Shown piece by piece: positions 1-10,246 of a stretch of 64,000 nucleotides of DNA. Both the position numbers and the translations under genes were made by a program. Position 1 is the stretch's first letter. Each line of letters begins with the position of its first letter. Source of the stretch: an uncultured Spirochaetota bacterium (GTDB lineage Bacteria > Spirochaetota > Spirochaetia > SZUA-6 > Fen-1364); assembly GCA_963781885.1 (NCBI GenBank), contig CAWAHW010000007.1, positions 416,001 through 480,000 of the forward strand. The letters run 5' to 3'. The notes below the pieces were generated by a model. That model was not told where the DNA came from and made no database searches. It saw nothing but the letters and a program-made list of their open reading frames with translations.

Positions 1-2551
1 CGCGCCTTCAATGGTCATCGTGCCGCACGCGTACAGGTCCGCGGCCTCGATGTCGGCGGCGCTGAACCCGAGGTGGGCGAGCAGGGAGAAGCCCGCCTGC
101 GTGAAGGTGGTTTCCGGGATGCCGAGATTCGCCTCCAGGAACTCCTTGCCCAGCACCACCCATGAGAAGGAGAACGCCGTGGAGAAGGCATTCGCCAGGG
201 AGGCGTTCACCTTCTGGATCGCCTCTTCAGAGAAGCCCTTCTGCCGCAGGGCGTCCGTGGAGATCGCCGGCGCGCCGTCCAGCGTGCCGCTGCCCAGGCA
301 GTAACGCACGATCTCCTGGATCTGCTTCTCGTCGTAGCCGAGCTTGCGCAGGGCAGGGGGAAGGGACGTGTTGATGATCTTGAAGTAGCCGCCGCCGGCG
401 AGCTTCTTGAACTTCACGAGGCTGAAATCGGGCTCCACGCCGGTGGTGTCGCAGTCCATGACGAGCCCGATGGTGCCCGTGGGCGCGATAGCCGTCACCT
501 GCGCATTGCGGTAGCCGTACTTCTCTCCCAGGGAGAGGGCGCGGTCCCAGCCGCGGCGTGCCGCCGCCATGAGGTCCGGCGGGCAGAAGAGGGCGATCGA
601 TGGGCTGCGGAACGACCGACAGGCCTTCATACTCGTCCGCGGCGGCGCCGTAGGCCGCGCGGCCGTGGTTGCGGATGACGCGGAGCATGGATTCCCGGTT
701 CGCGGTGAAGCGCGGGAACGGGCCGAGCTCCGCGGCCATCTCGGCGGAGGTCGCGTAGGCTTCCGCGGACAGGATGGCGGAGAGCGCCGCGGCAATGGCG
801 CGGCCTTCCGCGCTGTCGTACGGGATGCCCATGACCATGAGCAGCGTGCCGAGGTTTGCGTACCCGAGGCCGAGCGTGCGGAAATCGTAGCTCTTGCGGG
901 CGATCTCCTTGCTGGGGAACTGCGCCATGAGGACGCTGATCTCCAGCACCATGGTCCAGAGGCGTATCGCGTGACGCAGGTCCTCGATCCTGATCTCCCC
1001 GGTCTCCTGGTCGAAGAAGGTCATGAGGTTGAGCGATGCGAGATTGCACGCCGTGTCGTCCAGGAACATGTACTCCGAGCAGGGATTGGACCCGCGGATC
1101 TCACCGTCCTGGGGGCAGGTATGCCAGTCGTTCACCGTCGTATGGAACTGGAGGCCGGGGTCCGCGCAGAGCCACGCGGCCGTTGCGATCCGCTCCCAGA
1201 TCTCGCGCGCCTTCACACGTTCCCGTGTCTTGCCGTCCGTGCGGTTGACGAGCTCCCACCATCCATCGTCCAGCACCGCCTGCATGAAGGTGTCGGTGAG
1301 GCGCAGCGAATTGTTGGAGGACTGTCCGCTCACCGTGTTGTACGCCTCGGAGTCCCAGTCGGTGGTGTACTCTTCCGGCTCGAACTCCCAGATGCCCTGT
1401 TCGGCGAGCTGGATCACCTGGTGCACCCACGAGGCCGGGACCTCGTCGTGCAGCGCTTCGCGCACCGCGCGCTCAAGCTCCTTGTTCTTCCGCGGGTCGA
1501 AGCTGGCGGCGCCATTGCCGTTGCTGTGGTCTTCGGGAGACTGCCGGCACGCCTCCAGGATCTGCCGCGTGTGCCGGCGGAGTATCCTGCTGCCCGTCAC
1601 CATGGCGGCGACCTTGCGCTCCTCCTCCGCCTTCCAGTCGATGTAACGGAACACGTCGGGGTGGTCCGCATCCAGCGTGACCATGCGCGCCGCGCGCCGC
1701 GTGGTGCCGCCGCTTTTTATGGAAGAGGCGGAGCGGTCGCTCACCTTGAGGAAAGAAAGAAGCCCGGACGACGCCCCACCGCCGGAAAGCGGCTCGTTGG
1801 AAGACCGCAGCTTCGAGTAGTTCGTGCCCGTGCCTGAACCGTACTTGAAGAGGCGCGCCTCCCGGGTGATGAGGTCCATGATGCCGCCTTCATTCACCAG
1901 GTCGTCTTCTATGGAGAGGATGAAACAGGCATGAGGCTGCGGGTGCTCGTAGGCGCTCGTTGCCTTCTCCACCTCACCGGTGTCGGGATTCACGAAGTAG
2001 TGGCCCTGCGCGGGGCCTTTCAGGCCGTACACGGCGTAGAGACCGGTGTTGAACCACTGGGGCGAGTTGGGCGCACCCATCTGCCGGGCAAGGATGAAGC
2101 ACATCTCGTCGTAGAAGGCCTGCGCATCCTCTTCCGTCGTGAAGTACTTGTAGCGTCTGCCCCAGTCGGTCCACGTGTAGGCCAGGCGATGGAAGACCTG
2201 CCGCGCATCGGTTTCGCCGCGGGTGGCGCTCTCCGGAGCCGCGCTTCCGTTGCTGCCATTGGCGCCGGGCGCGGGCGAGGCGACCGCCGCTCCCGCGCCT
2301 GCTGCGCCGCCGACGGCGGCCCCGACGGGAACCGCGCCGACGGGCGCCGGGGTGGTCACACCGCGCTTGCGGAAGTACTTCTGCGCGAGGATGTCGGTGG
2401 CGATCTGCGACCAGTGCGTAGGAACGACGACATTATCCTGGTGGAATATGGGCGTGCCGTCGGGATTGCGGATCTCCGACGTGCGTGGCTCGAATGAAAT
2501 ACCTGCGTAAGGGCTTTCCCCGGACCGGGTGAAGCGCCGTTGAATCTCCAT
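1..2551 (-). CDS. nrdJ: Vitamin B12-dependent (class II) ribonucleotide reductase; frameshift near 595, 3' end runs off the window
   Basis: Motifs PNSPQWFN, QPHACFI, GSGTG, SGGTTRRAA, NPCSEY, TACNLAS and LGLGYANLG. After ~595 another frame continues with GYRNAQVTAIAPTGTIGLVMDCDTTGVEPDF. GGAGGGG RBS upstream. Confidence 0.93.
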
Positions 2552-2589
2552 AGTCCCCTCCCATTGGAAACTCGGCGAGACGGAGTACT

Positions 2590-2619
2590 AGTTTAACAGG
2601 ATCGACTTGCGGAAGGCAA
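2590..2619 (-). promoter_or_regulatory. Putative sigma70 promoter of nrdJ
   Basis: Minus strand TTGCCT-N18-TAAACT with an extended -10 TG and an upstream A-tract. Confidence 0.45.
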
Positions 2620-2658
2620 GAGGAATCTTTTTTTTCGCGTCGTCGATCCCCGAAATCG

Positions 2659-4272
2659 TCACGGGGCCGCCTCCTGGACCCCGAATGACTGGCCCCCCGG
2701 GGGACCTCCTGCCCCCTGGACCGCCGTATCCAGCACGTCGAAAGCCTTCAGGAAGGCCGTCGGGTGGGTGGCGGCGAGCTGATGCGCCAGGGATGCCCCG
2801 TGCGCCGACCAGGAGCGCATGCGCGAGAGGGTGATGTCCTGGAATCCCATGACGGCGGACCGCGCCTGCTGCATGAGGTAGCTCTGGAACTCGTTCACGA
2901 CGAGATAATGGTCCGTCGTGTCGTAGTTGTTGTGGGAAAGGTATTCGGTCCAAACGTCCTGCTCGATCGGTGAGAGCGACTCCCACTCCTTCTCCGTCGC
3001 ATCGCGGAACGCGGGCAGGGAGAAGTAGATGCCGTGGAAGCTCTCATGGGTCAGGAGGAGGTTTCGCAGCAGCGGCGAAGAGCTGCGCGAGATCGAAAGG
3101 ATGGAGCCTTCGCCCGGTGTGTAGCCGCTGTCCGCTTTTTTGATGACGCCATTGCTCAGCAGGATCCGTGCCAGGGTGTTCTCCTCCACAGAAAGGGACG
3201 TCCCGGCCTGCGTGAAGAAGCGCGCAAGGTCCTCCGCCCGGTAATCGTGGGCATTGTAGGCGTGGAACGAGGCAAGCGCGGCCTCCGTTTCGAGCCTGCC
3301 GGCGTGCCCCGCTTTTTCGACGAAGAAAGCCAGTCTCTTGAAGAAGGCGTCCTGCACGTCGTAGGTGGAAAAATCCAGGATCAGCACCTGCGGAAAGCGT
3401 GTCCAGGAGAAAAGCTCGTAGTCGGGCGTGCGCCACGCCGACCGGTCCCACGTGAGGACGGCGCCCGGGTCCGCGGGAAGCGGCGCGCCGACCGGTACAT
3501 GGGAAACCCGGAAGCTGCCGAGCCTTCCCTGGAGCATGACGTCGCGGGGAAGAAACGGCATGCTCCCGCGCGCGAAGTCCACCCGCGGGCCGCTGGAGGG
3601 GCTCAGGTCGAAAGTCACGGTCGCGCCCCCCGCATCCTTGAAGACGATCGTGCCCCCCGGCGCGACCCCCTCGAGGCTGATGAGCCACGTGCCCTGACCC
3701 ATCTCGGCCTGCGTGGCATCCGTCAGGCGCGCGCTTACCGATTCGGTCGAGGCCGACATCACCTCGACGCTGCCGTCCACGGAGAGGCCGTTCTCATCGA
3801 TGAGGAAGCCGTGCACCGAGGGTGCCGTGCCCGCGGCCCGCAGCGCCAAACTGCCCTGTGCCGCGTCGGAGGACAGCCGGTAGCCCCAGATCCTGCTCCC
3901 GCGCTCCAGCGGCACCAGGTAGCGGACGGGATTGCCCGCGGTGGCGGGAAGCGCGGCGGTCTTGAGCGTGGTGTTCTTATCGGAAAGCAGGGTCAGGGTG
4001 GCCCGCGGGATGTCGCTCGTGTAGGAGAAACCGAACGAGACGCCGTTCGTCTCAACCGTCACGGCGCGCGCCAGGTGATAGACCGGCGAGGCCGCGTGGT
4101 CCGGCCGCGGCTGAAAAAGGGCCTCGCGGTCGGCGGCGACGCGCGGTGACTGCCAGATGTCGATGCGCGCCCCTTCGGCGGTCTGGAAGGCGAATGTCTC
4201 GAACCTGCCCGAGCAGCCCGCCGCGAAGACGACGACGGACAGGAGGAGGAATGCATGGAGGATCTGCTTCAT
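2659..4272 (-). CDS. Lipoprotein with C-terminal zincin-like (HExxH) domain
   Basis: Start MKQILHAFLLLSVVVFAAGC (lipobox). THESFH motif followed by NEFQ. ATGA overlap with the upstream gene. Confidence 0.7.
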   Translation of the reverse strand: MKQILHAFLLLSVVVFAAGCSGRFETFAFQTAEGARIDIWQSPRVAADREALFQPRPDHAASPVYHLARAVTVETNGVSFGFSYTSDIPRATLTLLSDKNTTLKTAALPATAGNPVRYLVPLERGSRIWGYRLSSDAAQGSLALRAAGTAPSVHGFLIDENGLSVDGSVEVMSASTESVSARLTDATQAEMGQGTWLISLEGVAPGGTIVFKDAGGATVTFDLSPSSGPRVDFARGSMPFLPRDVMLQGRLGSFRVSHVPVGAPLPADPGAVLTWDRSAWRTPDYELFSWTRFPQVLILDFSTYDVQDAFFKRLAFFVEKAGHAGRLETEAALASFHAYNAHDYRAEDLARFFTQAGTSLSVEENTLARILLSNGVIKKADSGYTPGEGSILSISRSSSPLLRNLLLTHESFHGIYFSLPAFRDATEKEWESLSPIEQDVWTEYLSHNNYDTTDHYLVVNEFQSYLMQQARSAVMGFQDITLSRMRSWSAHGASLAHQLAATHPTAFLKAFDVLDTAVQGAGGPPGGQSFGVQEAAP

Positions 4273-5054
4273 GCCTGCTCGTCCACCGTGAAGGGCAGGA
4301 GAGCGCGCAGGATGTGCTGGGCGATCTCCCGGCGGGCGTCCATGGAAACCTCGCCGATGGGCCGCATGAAATTGTCCAGCAGTCCCATGAGCCCGTCGGG
4401 CAGCGTGGGCAGGGACGCGATGCGCTCCGCCAGCATGCGGTCGGACGGCTCGTAGCGGCGGTTGATCGCGAAGAGGAAGCTCGCGACGCAGCGCACCAAG
4501 CGTGAGGCGGACACCAGGAAGAAGAGCTGGTCGTCGCGGTGCGCGGCGGCGCCCAGGTCGGAGAGGGCCCGCTCGGCAAGGGAGAAGGCGCGCAGGCGCG
4601 TCTGCCACCAGAACTGGTCGGGCACGTGCGCGAGCGCCGAGCGGGCCTCCTCCAGCCAGCCGTCGCGCGCGAAAAGGACCTCGGCCTGCTCGATGCGGTA
4701 GAGCGGGTTCGTGCCCGGCTCGTGGAAGACCCAGGTCTGCTCGGAGATGCGCAGGAGCATGCGGTCGACGTCGGCTGATCTGACGTAATGGACGCTCGTG
4801 GGCAGCTCTTCCATCAGGAACCTGTCCACCGCGGAGACGGGCGACGTCTCGAAGGCCTGGATGCCCGGGAAGAGCTTGCTGCGCAGCTCGATGCTCGGTG
4901 CGGCCCCCGCCGTGTAGACGTCCAGGTCGATCGTGAAGTACGGATCGAACACCTCGATGTCCGCCGCTTCCCCGAGCAGGACGGCCTGCACGCCTTCCAC
5001 CTCTGAGAGACGGTCAGCGAGAAAACCCGCGATCCGCCGTACCTTGCGCTTCAT
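4269..5054 (-). CDS. DUF4037-type nucleotidyltransferase-fold protein
   Basis: MKRKVRRIA start. LLGEAA...IDLDVY resembles a degenerate NTase motif. Helical C-terminus with LFAINRRYEPS. Confidence 0.65.
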   Translation of the reverse strand: MKRKVRRIAGFLADRLSEVEGVQAVLLGEAADIEVFDPYFTIDLDVYTAGAAPSIELRSKLFPGIQAFETSPVSAVDRFLMEELPTSVHYVRSADVDRMLLRISEQTWVFHEPGTNPLYRIEQAEVLFARDGWLEEARSALAHVPDQFWWQTRLRAFSLAERALSDLGAAAHRDDQLFFLVSASRLVRCVASFLFAINRRYEPSDRMLAERIASLPTLPDGLMGLLDNFMRPIGEVSMDARREIAQHILRALLPFTVDEQA

Positions 5055-5197
5055 GCCGGGAATAGTAGCAGGCCCGCGGCGGTGCCGGCAAGGCGGCCCG
5101 GGCACGCGCCGGCATCGGCACCGGCGCCTTTGCGGCGCGTGCGCGGTCGTGCTACCCTCGACGCGAGTGCGGCGTGCCGCCAAAGGGAGGAGTGTCG

Positions 5198-5737
5198 ATG
5201 CAGCCCGGTGGGGTCCACCTCGTGGCGCTTGTTCCTCCCGGATCCGTCGAGGCGGAGATGGGAAAGGTGCAGGCGGCGATCTTTGCAGAGACCGGCCTTG
5301 CATCGGCAATCGCACTCCCGCCGCTGATGCCTGTTGCATTCGCGTCCGCAGCGCCGGGGCGCGATTTTCTGGACGACCTGGATCGCTCCGTGCGGGCCGG
5401 CTGGAGCGCGCGCACGGCGGGAATCGTCTGGGTGGGGGCGTGGCTCTTCCTGGCCGTGGACACGGGCGGGCTCTGGAACGGGCTGCGGGAAAGGGCGCGC
5501 GCAGGAGCCGGCGCGGAGCCGTCCTGCCCGTTTCCCGCGGCGGAAGGTTTTTGCCTGGGATGCGTCGATGCCGCGCCCGACCAGCGCTCACGCATCGCAC
5601 CGGCCATACCGCAGCTCTCGTTCAGCTCCTGTTCCCTGGCGGTCATGCGCCTGGAGTCCCCCCGCGAGGAATGGTGGCGCGAGCTGTACTGGGAAATACT
5701 GGAGGAGAAGCCGCTTCGGGGAAGGAGGGGACCGTGA
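5198..5737 (+). CDS. Hypothetical protein, possibly a degenerate 2H-phosphoesterase/2'-5' RNA ligase fold
   Basis: GGAGGAG RBS before ATG 5198. N-terminus LVALVPP..VEAEM..VQ resembles the 2H family. GTGA overlap with the next gene. Confidence 0.5.
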   Translation: MQPGGVHLVALVPPGSVEAEMGKVQAAIFAETGLASAIALPPLMPVAFASAAPGRDFLDDLDRSVRAGWSARTAGIVWVGAWLFLAVDTGGLWNGLRERARAGAGAEPSCPFPAAEGFCLGCVDAAPDQRSRIAPAIPQLSFSSCSLAVMRLESPREEWWRELYWEILEEKPLRGRRGP

Positions 5738-6549
5738 AGTCGTTTCCCGCGTTCGGGATACTGTTCCGCTCGCGCGGCCAGGCGCCGCAGCTGCGGAAGC
5801 TCCTGATGGAAAACTCGAACCTCCCGGGTCCGCGCGGCAACCTGGAGCTCGCCCATTCTTTCGCGGAGTCCATCGCCGCCATGCACGTCGACGATTGGCA
5901 GTGGGACTTCATCATGGAGATGGCGGGCATGAGCGCAAAGGATGCGCCGGTGAACACGCCGGGGGAGTTCCTGCCCTTCTGCGCGCTCCTGGCGCTGGGT
6001 GCGATGTACGGGAACGGGCTGCCGCGTCCGCGGAGGCGCAGTGCGCTTGCCACGCTGATCGCCGCGTCCTCCGACGTGCGCTGGCGGGTGCGCGAGGGCG
6101 TCGCGCAGGGGCTGCAGCTCATCGGCGAGCGCAATCCGGCCGCGCTGCAAACCATCGTGACCGACTGGCTTCCTGCGGCATCGCTGCTGGAGATGCGGGC
6201 CATCGCGGCCGGCCTCGCGCACCCGCCGCTCCTCGGGGACGCCGCGTTCGCCCTGTTCAGCGTCGGCACCGCCCGCACGATACTCACGACTTTCACCCGC
6301 GCAGACGAGAGGGCGCGGAAGACCGAGGCATTCAAGATACTCCGCCAGGGTCTGGCGTACTGCCTGAGCGTGTATACCGCGCACTGCCCGGCGGAAGGAT
6401 TCACGCTCATGCGCAGGAGCGCGGCCGTCCGGGACTCCGACATGGCCTGGATCATCAAGGAAAACCTGAAGAAGAAGAGGCTCACGGAGCCTTTCCCCGA
6501 AGACGTGAAAAAAGTCCAGGCTATTTTAGAAGAGGCAAACGCGCGCTGA
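5734..6549 (+). CDS. HEAT-repeat protein (DNA alkylation repair-like superfamily)
   Basis: GGAGGG RBS plus GTG. Motifs SNLPGPRGNLELA, DVRWRVREGVAQGLQ and WIIKENLKKKRL. Confidence 0.7.
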   Translation: MKSFPAFGILFRSRGQAPQLRKLLMENSNLPGPRGNLELAHSFAESIAAMHVDDWQWDFIMEMAGMSAKDAPVNTPGEFLPFCALLALGAMYGNGLPRPRRRSALATLIAASSDVRWRVREGVAQGLQLIGERNPAALQTIVTDWLPAASLLEMRAIAAGLAHPPLLGDAAFALFSVGTARTILTTFTRADERARKTEAFKILRQGLAYCLSVYTAHCPAEGFTLMRRSAAVRDSDMAWIIKENLKKKRLTEPFPEDVKKVQAILEEANAR

Positions 6550-7141
6550 CGACGGCGTCCAGCGCGCCGATGACATCCTGCATGCTCCCGGCATAACCCT
6601 CGCGGGCGAGCGTCGTACAGAACTCTTCGTGCGTCCTCCCCCGCCTGTAGGCGGGGACCTTTGCGGGCATCGCCAGATACCGCGTGAAAAGCGAGATGTC
6701 GGTATCCACCAGGAGGCTTGCCTGGTAGAAGAGCACGAGCCGGGTGCGGTAGATCGATGTCCCGACGATCTTTTTTTCGCCGATGGCCAGGTCGGAGATG
6801 CCTGCGGGCTGCACGCCGGGAACGCCCAGCCCTGAAAGCGCCTCGACGATCCAGGCATTGATCTCCGCCGCATATTCCTTGTTGCGGAATGGCGAGGAGA
6901 CCTCCGTGACAACCGCGATCACGACCTGCCCCGGCCCCAGGACGACCGTGCCGCCCCCTCCCCGCCTTCTGAGCCACGGCACGCCATCCGCGGCAAGCGC
7001 CTCCCGGCGGAGGTCCTGCTCGGGTCTGCCGGCGGCTCCGAGCACCGCGCAGAGAGTGTCAGGCTCGTAGATGCGGGAGACGGGCGCTCCTGTCTTTCGG
7101 TACCGCTCCAGGAGATCCTCGTTGACCGTCAGCTCGGGCAC
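6521..7141 (-). CDS. Lipoate-protein ligase A family (BPL/LplA/LipB) catalytic domain
   Basis: RRRGGGGTV, SDLAIGEKKIVG and YRRGRTHEEF motifs. Confidence 0.8.
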   Translation of the reverse strand: MPELTVNEDLLERYRKTGAPVSRIYEPDTLCAVLGAAGRPEQDLRREALAADGVPWLRRRGGGGTVVLGPGQVVIAVVTEVSSPFRNKEYAAEINAWIVEALSGLGVPGVQPAGISDLAIGEKKIVGTSIYRTRLVLFYQASLLVDTDISLFTRYLAMPAKVPAYRRGRTHEEFCTTLAREGYAGSMQDVIGALDAVVSARLPLLK

Positions 7142-7146
7142 CGGGG

Positions 7147-7581
7147 CTACTGCATCTTCTTCTTCAGAGCGTCCAGGGCGGCAGAGGCCTCTTCTTTTTT
7201 CATCGCCTCTCCGAGCGTGTCCTTCTCCCCGACGACCATCCGGAGCTGCGCGAGGAGCAGGTCGGCATCGATCAGCTTCCCGCCGGTCATGCGGATGCGC
7301 GTGAGCTTGTCCTTCAGCACGGCGACTTTCGCCCGCAGGTCGGAAAGCTCCGTCTCCAGCTGCGCCTGCTTTGCCGTGGCGTCGGAGAGACGGGCCTGCG
7401 CCTGCGCCGCGAGGCCTTCGTCTCCCGCGCCGCGCGCCAGAGTCACGCGCCGGGTCCAGAGATTGGCGTCCTCCTGCGCGGCGGCAAGGGCCTTCTCCGT
7501 CTGCTTCAACGTCGTGATGAAGCCCAGCACGTAAGCGGCGGCCTGCTGCGGGGTGAGCCCTTCAATGTCGGTATCGAGCAT
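7147..7581 (-). CDS. PspA/IM30-like coiled-coil protein
   Basis: W..RV.LA...G.E.LA..A pattern and C-terminal ALDALKKKM. Confidence 0.65.
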   Translation of the reverse strand: MLDTDIEGLTPQQAAAYVLGFITTLKQTEKALAAAQEDANLWTRRVTLARGAGDEGLAAQAQARLSDATAKQAQLETELSDLRAKVAVLKDKLTRIRMTGGKLIDADLLLAQLRMVVGEKDTLGEAMKKEEASAALDALKKKMQ

Positions 7582-7670
7582 CGCGCATCTCCCGGTGCTG
7601 AGGATAGCATGAGGCGGCTTCTCTTGCATCCTCCCTGCCAACTTGGTAGTCTTTCGCGGCCGGAGATAGC

Positions 7671-8507
7671 ATGACGACGTGGGCTTTGACGGGAATACTC
7701 CTGGGGGCATCAGCGGCTGCCGGACTCCTGGGTTCGCTCACGGGGCTGGGCGGCGGAATCGTTATCATCCCCCTTCTCACGATCGTCATGGGAGTCGACA
7801 TCCGCTATGCAATCGGCGCGTCCCTCATCTCGGTCATCGCAACCTCGTCCGGCGCCGCCGCCGCGTACGTGCGGGAAGGAATTACCAACATCCGCATCGG
7901 CATGTTCCTGGAGATCGCAACCACCCTGGGAGCGCTTGGCGGGGCATTCATCGCCCTGTTCGTGACGCCGGACCTCATTGCGGTGGTCTTCGGTCTCATG
8001 TTGCTGTATTCCGCCTTCCTCATGTTCCGCGCGCCGCCTGGCGACGGTTCCCCCGTCCCCCGCAATTCGCTCGCGACGCGGCTGAAGTTGAATGGGACCT
8101 ACCCGGGACCCGAGGGGACACGAAGCTACAACGTGCGCGCAGTACCGGCGGGATTTGCGCTGATGGCCGTCGCGGGAGTGCTTTCGGGACTTCTGGGAAT
8201 CGGGTCCGGAGCGTTGAAGGTGATCGCAATGGATCGCGTCATGCGGATGCCCTTCAAGGTTTCCACGACGACGAGCAATTTCATGATCGGTGTGACCGCG
8301 GCGGCGAGCGCAGGCGTCTACCTGAGCCGGGGATACATCGACCCCGCGCTCGCGCTCCCGATCATCCTGGGAGTGCTTGTCGGATCGCTCGTCGGTGCGC
8401 GCTTTCTGGCTGCCGCGAAAACCCGGACGCTGCGGATCGTATTCGCGCTGGCGATCGTCTTCCTTGGCTTCGAGATGCTCTACAAGGGCTTCACGGGAAG
8501 GCTGTGA
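7671..8507 (+). CDS. Sulfite exporter TauE/SafE family membrane protein
   Basis: GSLTGLGGG and SGLLGIGSG repeats, STTTSNFMIGVT, multiple TM helices. Confidence 0.9.
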   Translation: MTTWALTGILLGASAAAGLLGSLTGLGGGIVIIPLLTIVMGVDIRYAIGASLISVIATSSGAAAAYVREGITNIRIGMFLEIATTLGALGGAFIALFVTPDLIAVVFGLMLLYSAFLMFRAPPGDGSPVPRNSLATRLKLNGTYPGPEGTRSYNVRAVPAGFALMAVAGVLSGLLGIGSGALKVIAMDRVMRMPFKVSTTTSNFMIGVTAAASAGVYLSRGYIDPALALPIILGVLVGSLVGARFLAAAKTRTLRIVFALAIVFLGFEMLYKGFTGRL

Positions 8508-8508
8508 A

Positions 8509-8895
8509 ATGAGACAGCCGCGTCCTGTCGACGATCATCGTATCCAGCTCCTCATCGGCTCCTTGCTGCGCGTCGGTGTTATTGCCGCAGCGGGCATCGC
8601 GCTTGCCGGCGGGGTCTGGTATTTGAGCGCGCACGGCGGGGATGTTCCTCACTATGACACGTTCCGCGGCGAACCGGTTTTCCTGAGACGCATCGCGGAC
8701 GTGGTTGCTGCGGTTGTGGCCGGACACAGTGCCGCACTCATCCAGCTCGGGCTTCTCGTGTTGATCGCGGTTCCCATCGCGCGCGTGGCGGTATCCCTCG
8801 TCGCTTTTGCCATCGAGCGGGACTGGATGTACTGCGTCGTGACCGTTCTGGTGCTCGCGATTCTTTTGTTCTCGCTCCTGGGGGGGAGACTCTGA
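8509..8895 (+). CDS. DUF1634 family membrane protein
   Basis: LLRVGV and IQLGLLVLIAVPIARV motifs. Usual partner downstream of TauE. Confidence 0.85.
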   Translation: MRQPRPVDDHRIQLLIGSLLRVGVIAAAGIALAGGVWYLSAHGGDVPHYDTFRGEPVFLRRIADVVAAVVAGHSAALIQLGLLVLIAVPIARVAVSLVAFAIERDWMYCVVTVLVLAILLFSLLGGRL

Positions 8896-8898
8896 GTC

Positions 8899-10245
8899 GT
8901 GATTCACTCCTCCGACGATCCCATTGCCGCCCTCGCCACCGCCCCCGTCTCCAGCGCACTCGCCGTCATCCGTGTTTCAGGCAGGGGCACGCTGGACATC
9001 CTTTCGGGCCTCGTGCGCGGCGCCGCGGTCGGCGGGATGCCGGGCCACACGATCCACCGCTGCCTGTTCCGCGACGGCGCGGAAGACATCGATGACGTGA
9101 TGCTCGCTGTGTATCGCGCGCCGCACAGCTACACCGGCGAGGAGGCGGCCGAGATATTCTGCCACGGCAGTCTCCCGGTCATCACGCGTCTCCTTTCGGT
9201 CCTCACGCGCGCGGGATTCCGCGCCGCCGGCCCCGGGGAGTTCACCCAGCGCGCTTTTCTCAACGGCAGGATGGACCTCACGGCCGCGGAGGCCGTGAAC
9301 GAGATCGTGCGCGCGCGCACGGACAGGGCGCGCGGTCTGGCGCTCCAGAGGCTGAGCGGTGCGGTGGAGGCCCGGGTGCGTGCCGCGCGCGACGCCCTGA
9401 TCGACCTGCGCGCGTCGCTGGAGGCGGCCATCGACTATCCCGAGGACGGCATCGCGGATGACAGCATCGATGCGCCGCTGCGGCAGGCGCAGGCGGTGCT
9501 CGAAGGGCTCGTCGGCACCTATCGCCAGGGCAGGCTCTACCAGGAGGGGATGAGCGTCGCGATCGCCGGGGCGACGAATGCCGGGAAGTCCAGTCTCTTC
9601 AATGCGCTCCTGCGCCAGGACCGCGCCATCGTATCGGACATCCATGGCACGACGCGCGACTGGCTGGAAGGGACGGCGAGCATCGAGGGCATACCCGTGC
9701 GCCTGATCGACACGGCGGGTCTGCGGCGGTCGACCGATCCGGTGGAAGGGGAGGCCATGCGCCGGACGCGCCAGGTGATTGAGGCGGCCGATGCGGTCAT
9801 CTACGTTGTGGACGGCAGCCAGGGGCTGGACGCGCAGGACCGGGAGATGATCGACGGCTGGCAGGGGCAGGCCGCGCTCCTGCGCGCGTGGAACAAGACG
9901 GACCTGCCCGCGGCGCTGCCCGCGCCCGCCGGGTTCTCGCCGGTCTCCGCCACGACAGGCGCCGGTGTGGACCGCATCGAGCGGGCCGTGGCCGAGGCCG
10001 CGCTCGGGGAAGCGCCGCGCGACGCCGGAGAGCCCCTGATCGATTCCGAGCGCCAGCGGGACCTCCTGCAGCGTGCTCTTTCCGCGCTGCGGCGCTTCGC
10101 GGAGGCGCGGCATGCCGGCATCAGCGCGGACCTCCTGGCCGTGGACGTGGCGGACGCGCTGGACGCGCTGGGCGAGATCACCGGCGCGGTGACGAGCGCG
10201 GAGATACTCGACCGCATGTTCTCCCGCTTCTGCGTGGGCAAATAG
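8899..10245 (+). CDS. mnmE: tRNA modification GTPase MnmE
   Basis: DPIAALAT, SYTGE, GEFTQRAFLNGRMDL, GATNAGKSS, GTTRD, DTAG, NKTD, C-terminal FCVGK. Confidence 0.97.
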   Translation: MIHSSDDPIAALATAPVSSALAVIRVSGRGTLDILSGLVRGAAVGGMPGHTIHRCLFRDGAEDIDDVMLAVYRAPHSYTGEEAAEIFCHGSLPVITRLLSVLTRAGFRAAGPGEFTQRAFLNGRMDLTAAEAVNEIVRARTDRARGLALQRLSGAVEARVRAARDALIDLRASLEAAIDYPEDGIADDSIDAPLRQAQAVLEGLVGTYRQGRLYQEGMSVAIAGATNAGKSSLFNALLRQDRAIVSDIHGTTRDWLEGTASIEGIPVRLIDTAGLRRSTDPVEGEAMRRTRQVIEAADAVIYVVDGSQGLDAQDREMIDGWQGQAALLRAWNKTDLPAALPAPAGFSPVSATTGAGVDRIERAVAEAALGEAPRDAGEPLIDSERQRDLLQRALSALRRFAEARHAGISADLLAVDVADALDALGEITGAVTSAEILDRMFSRFCVGK

Positions 10246-10246
10246 C

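Noticed and set aside
1-2551. Intein or intron in nrdJ
   Set aside because: The insertion is short and low-complexity with no C/S...HN splice motifs, and the break is a 1-nt shift.
2552-2658. Cobalamin riboswitch or NrdR boxes upstream of nrdJ
   Set aside because: The region is only ~105 nt and shows neither consensus.
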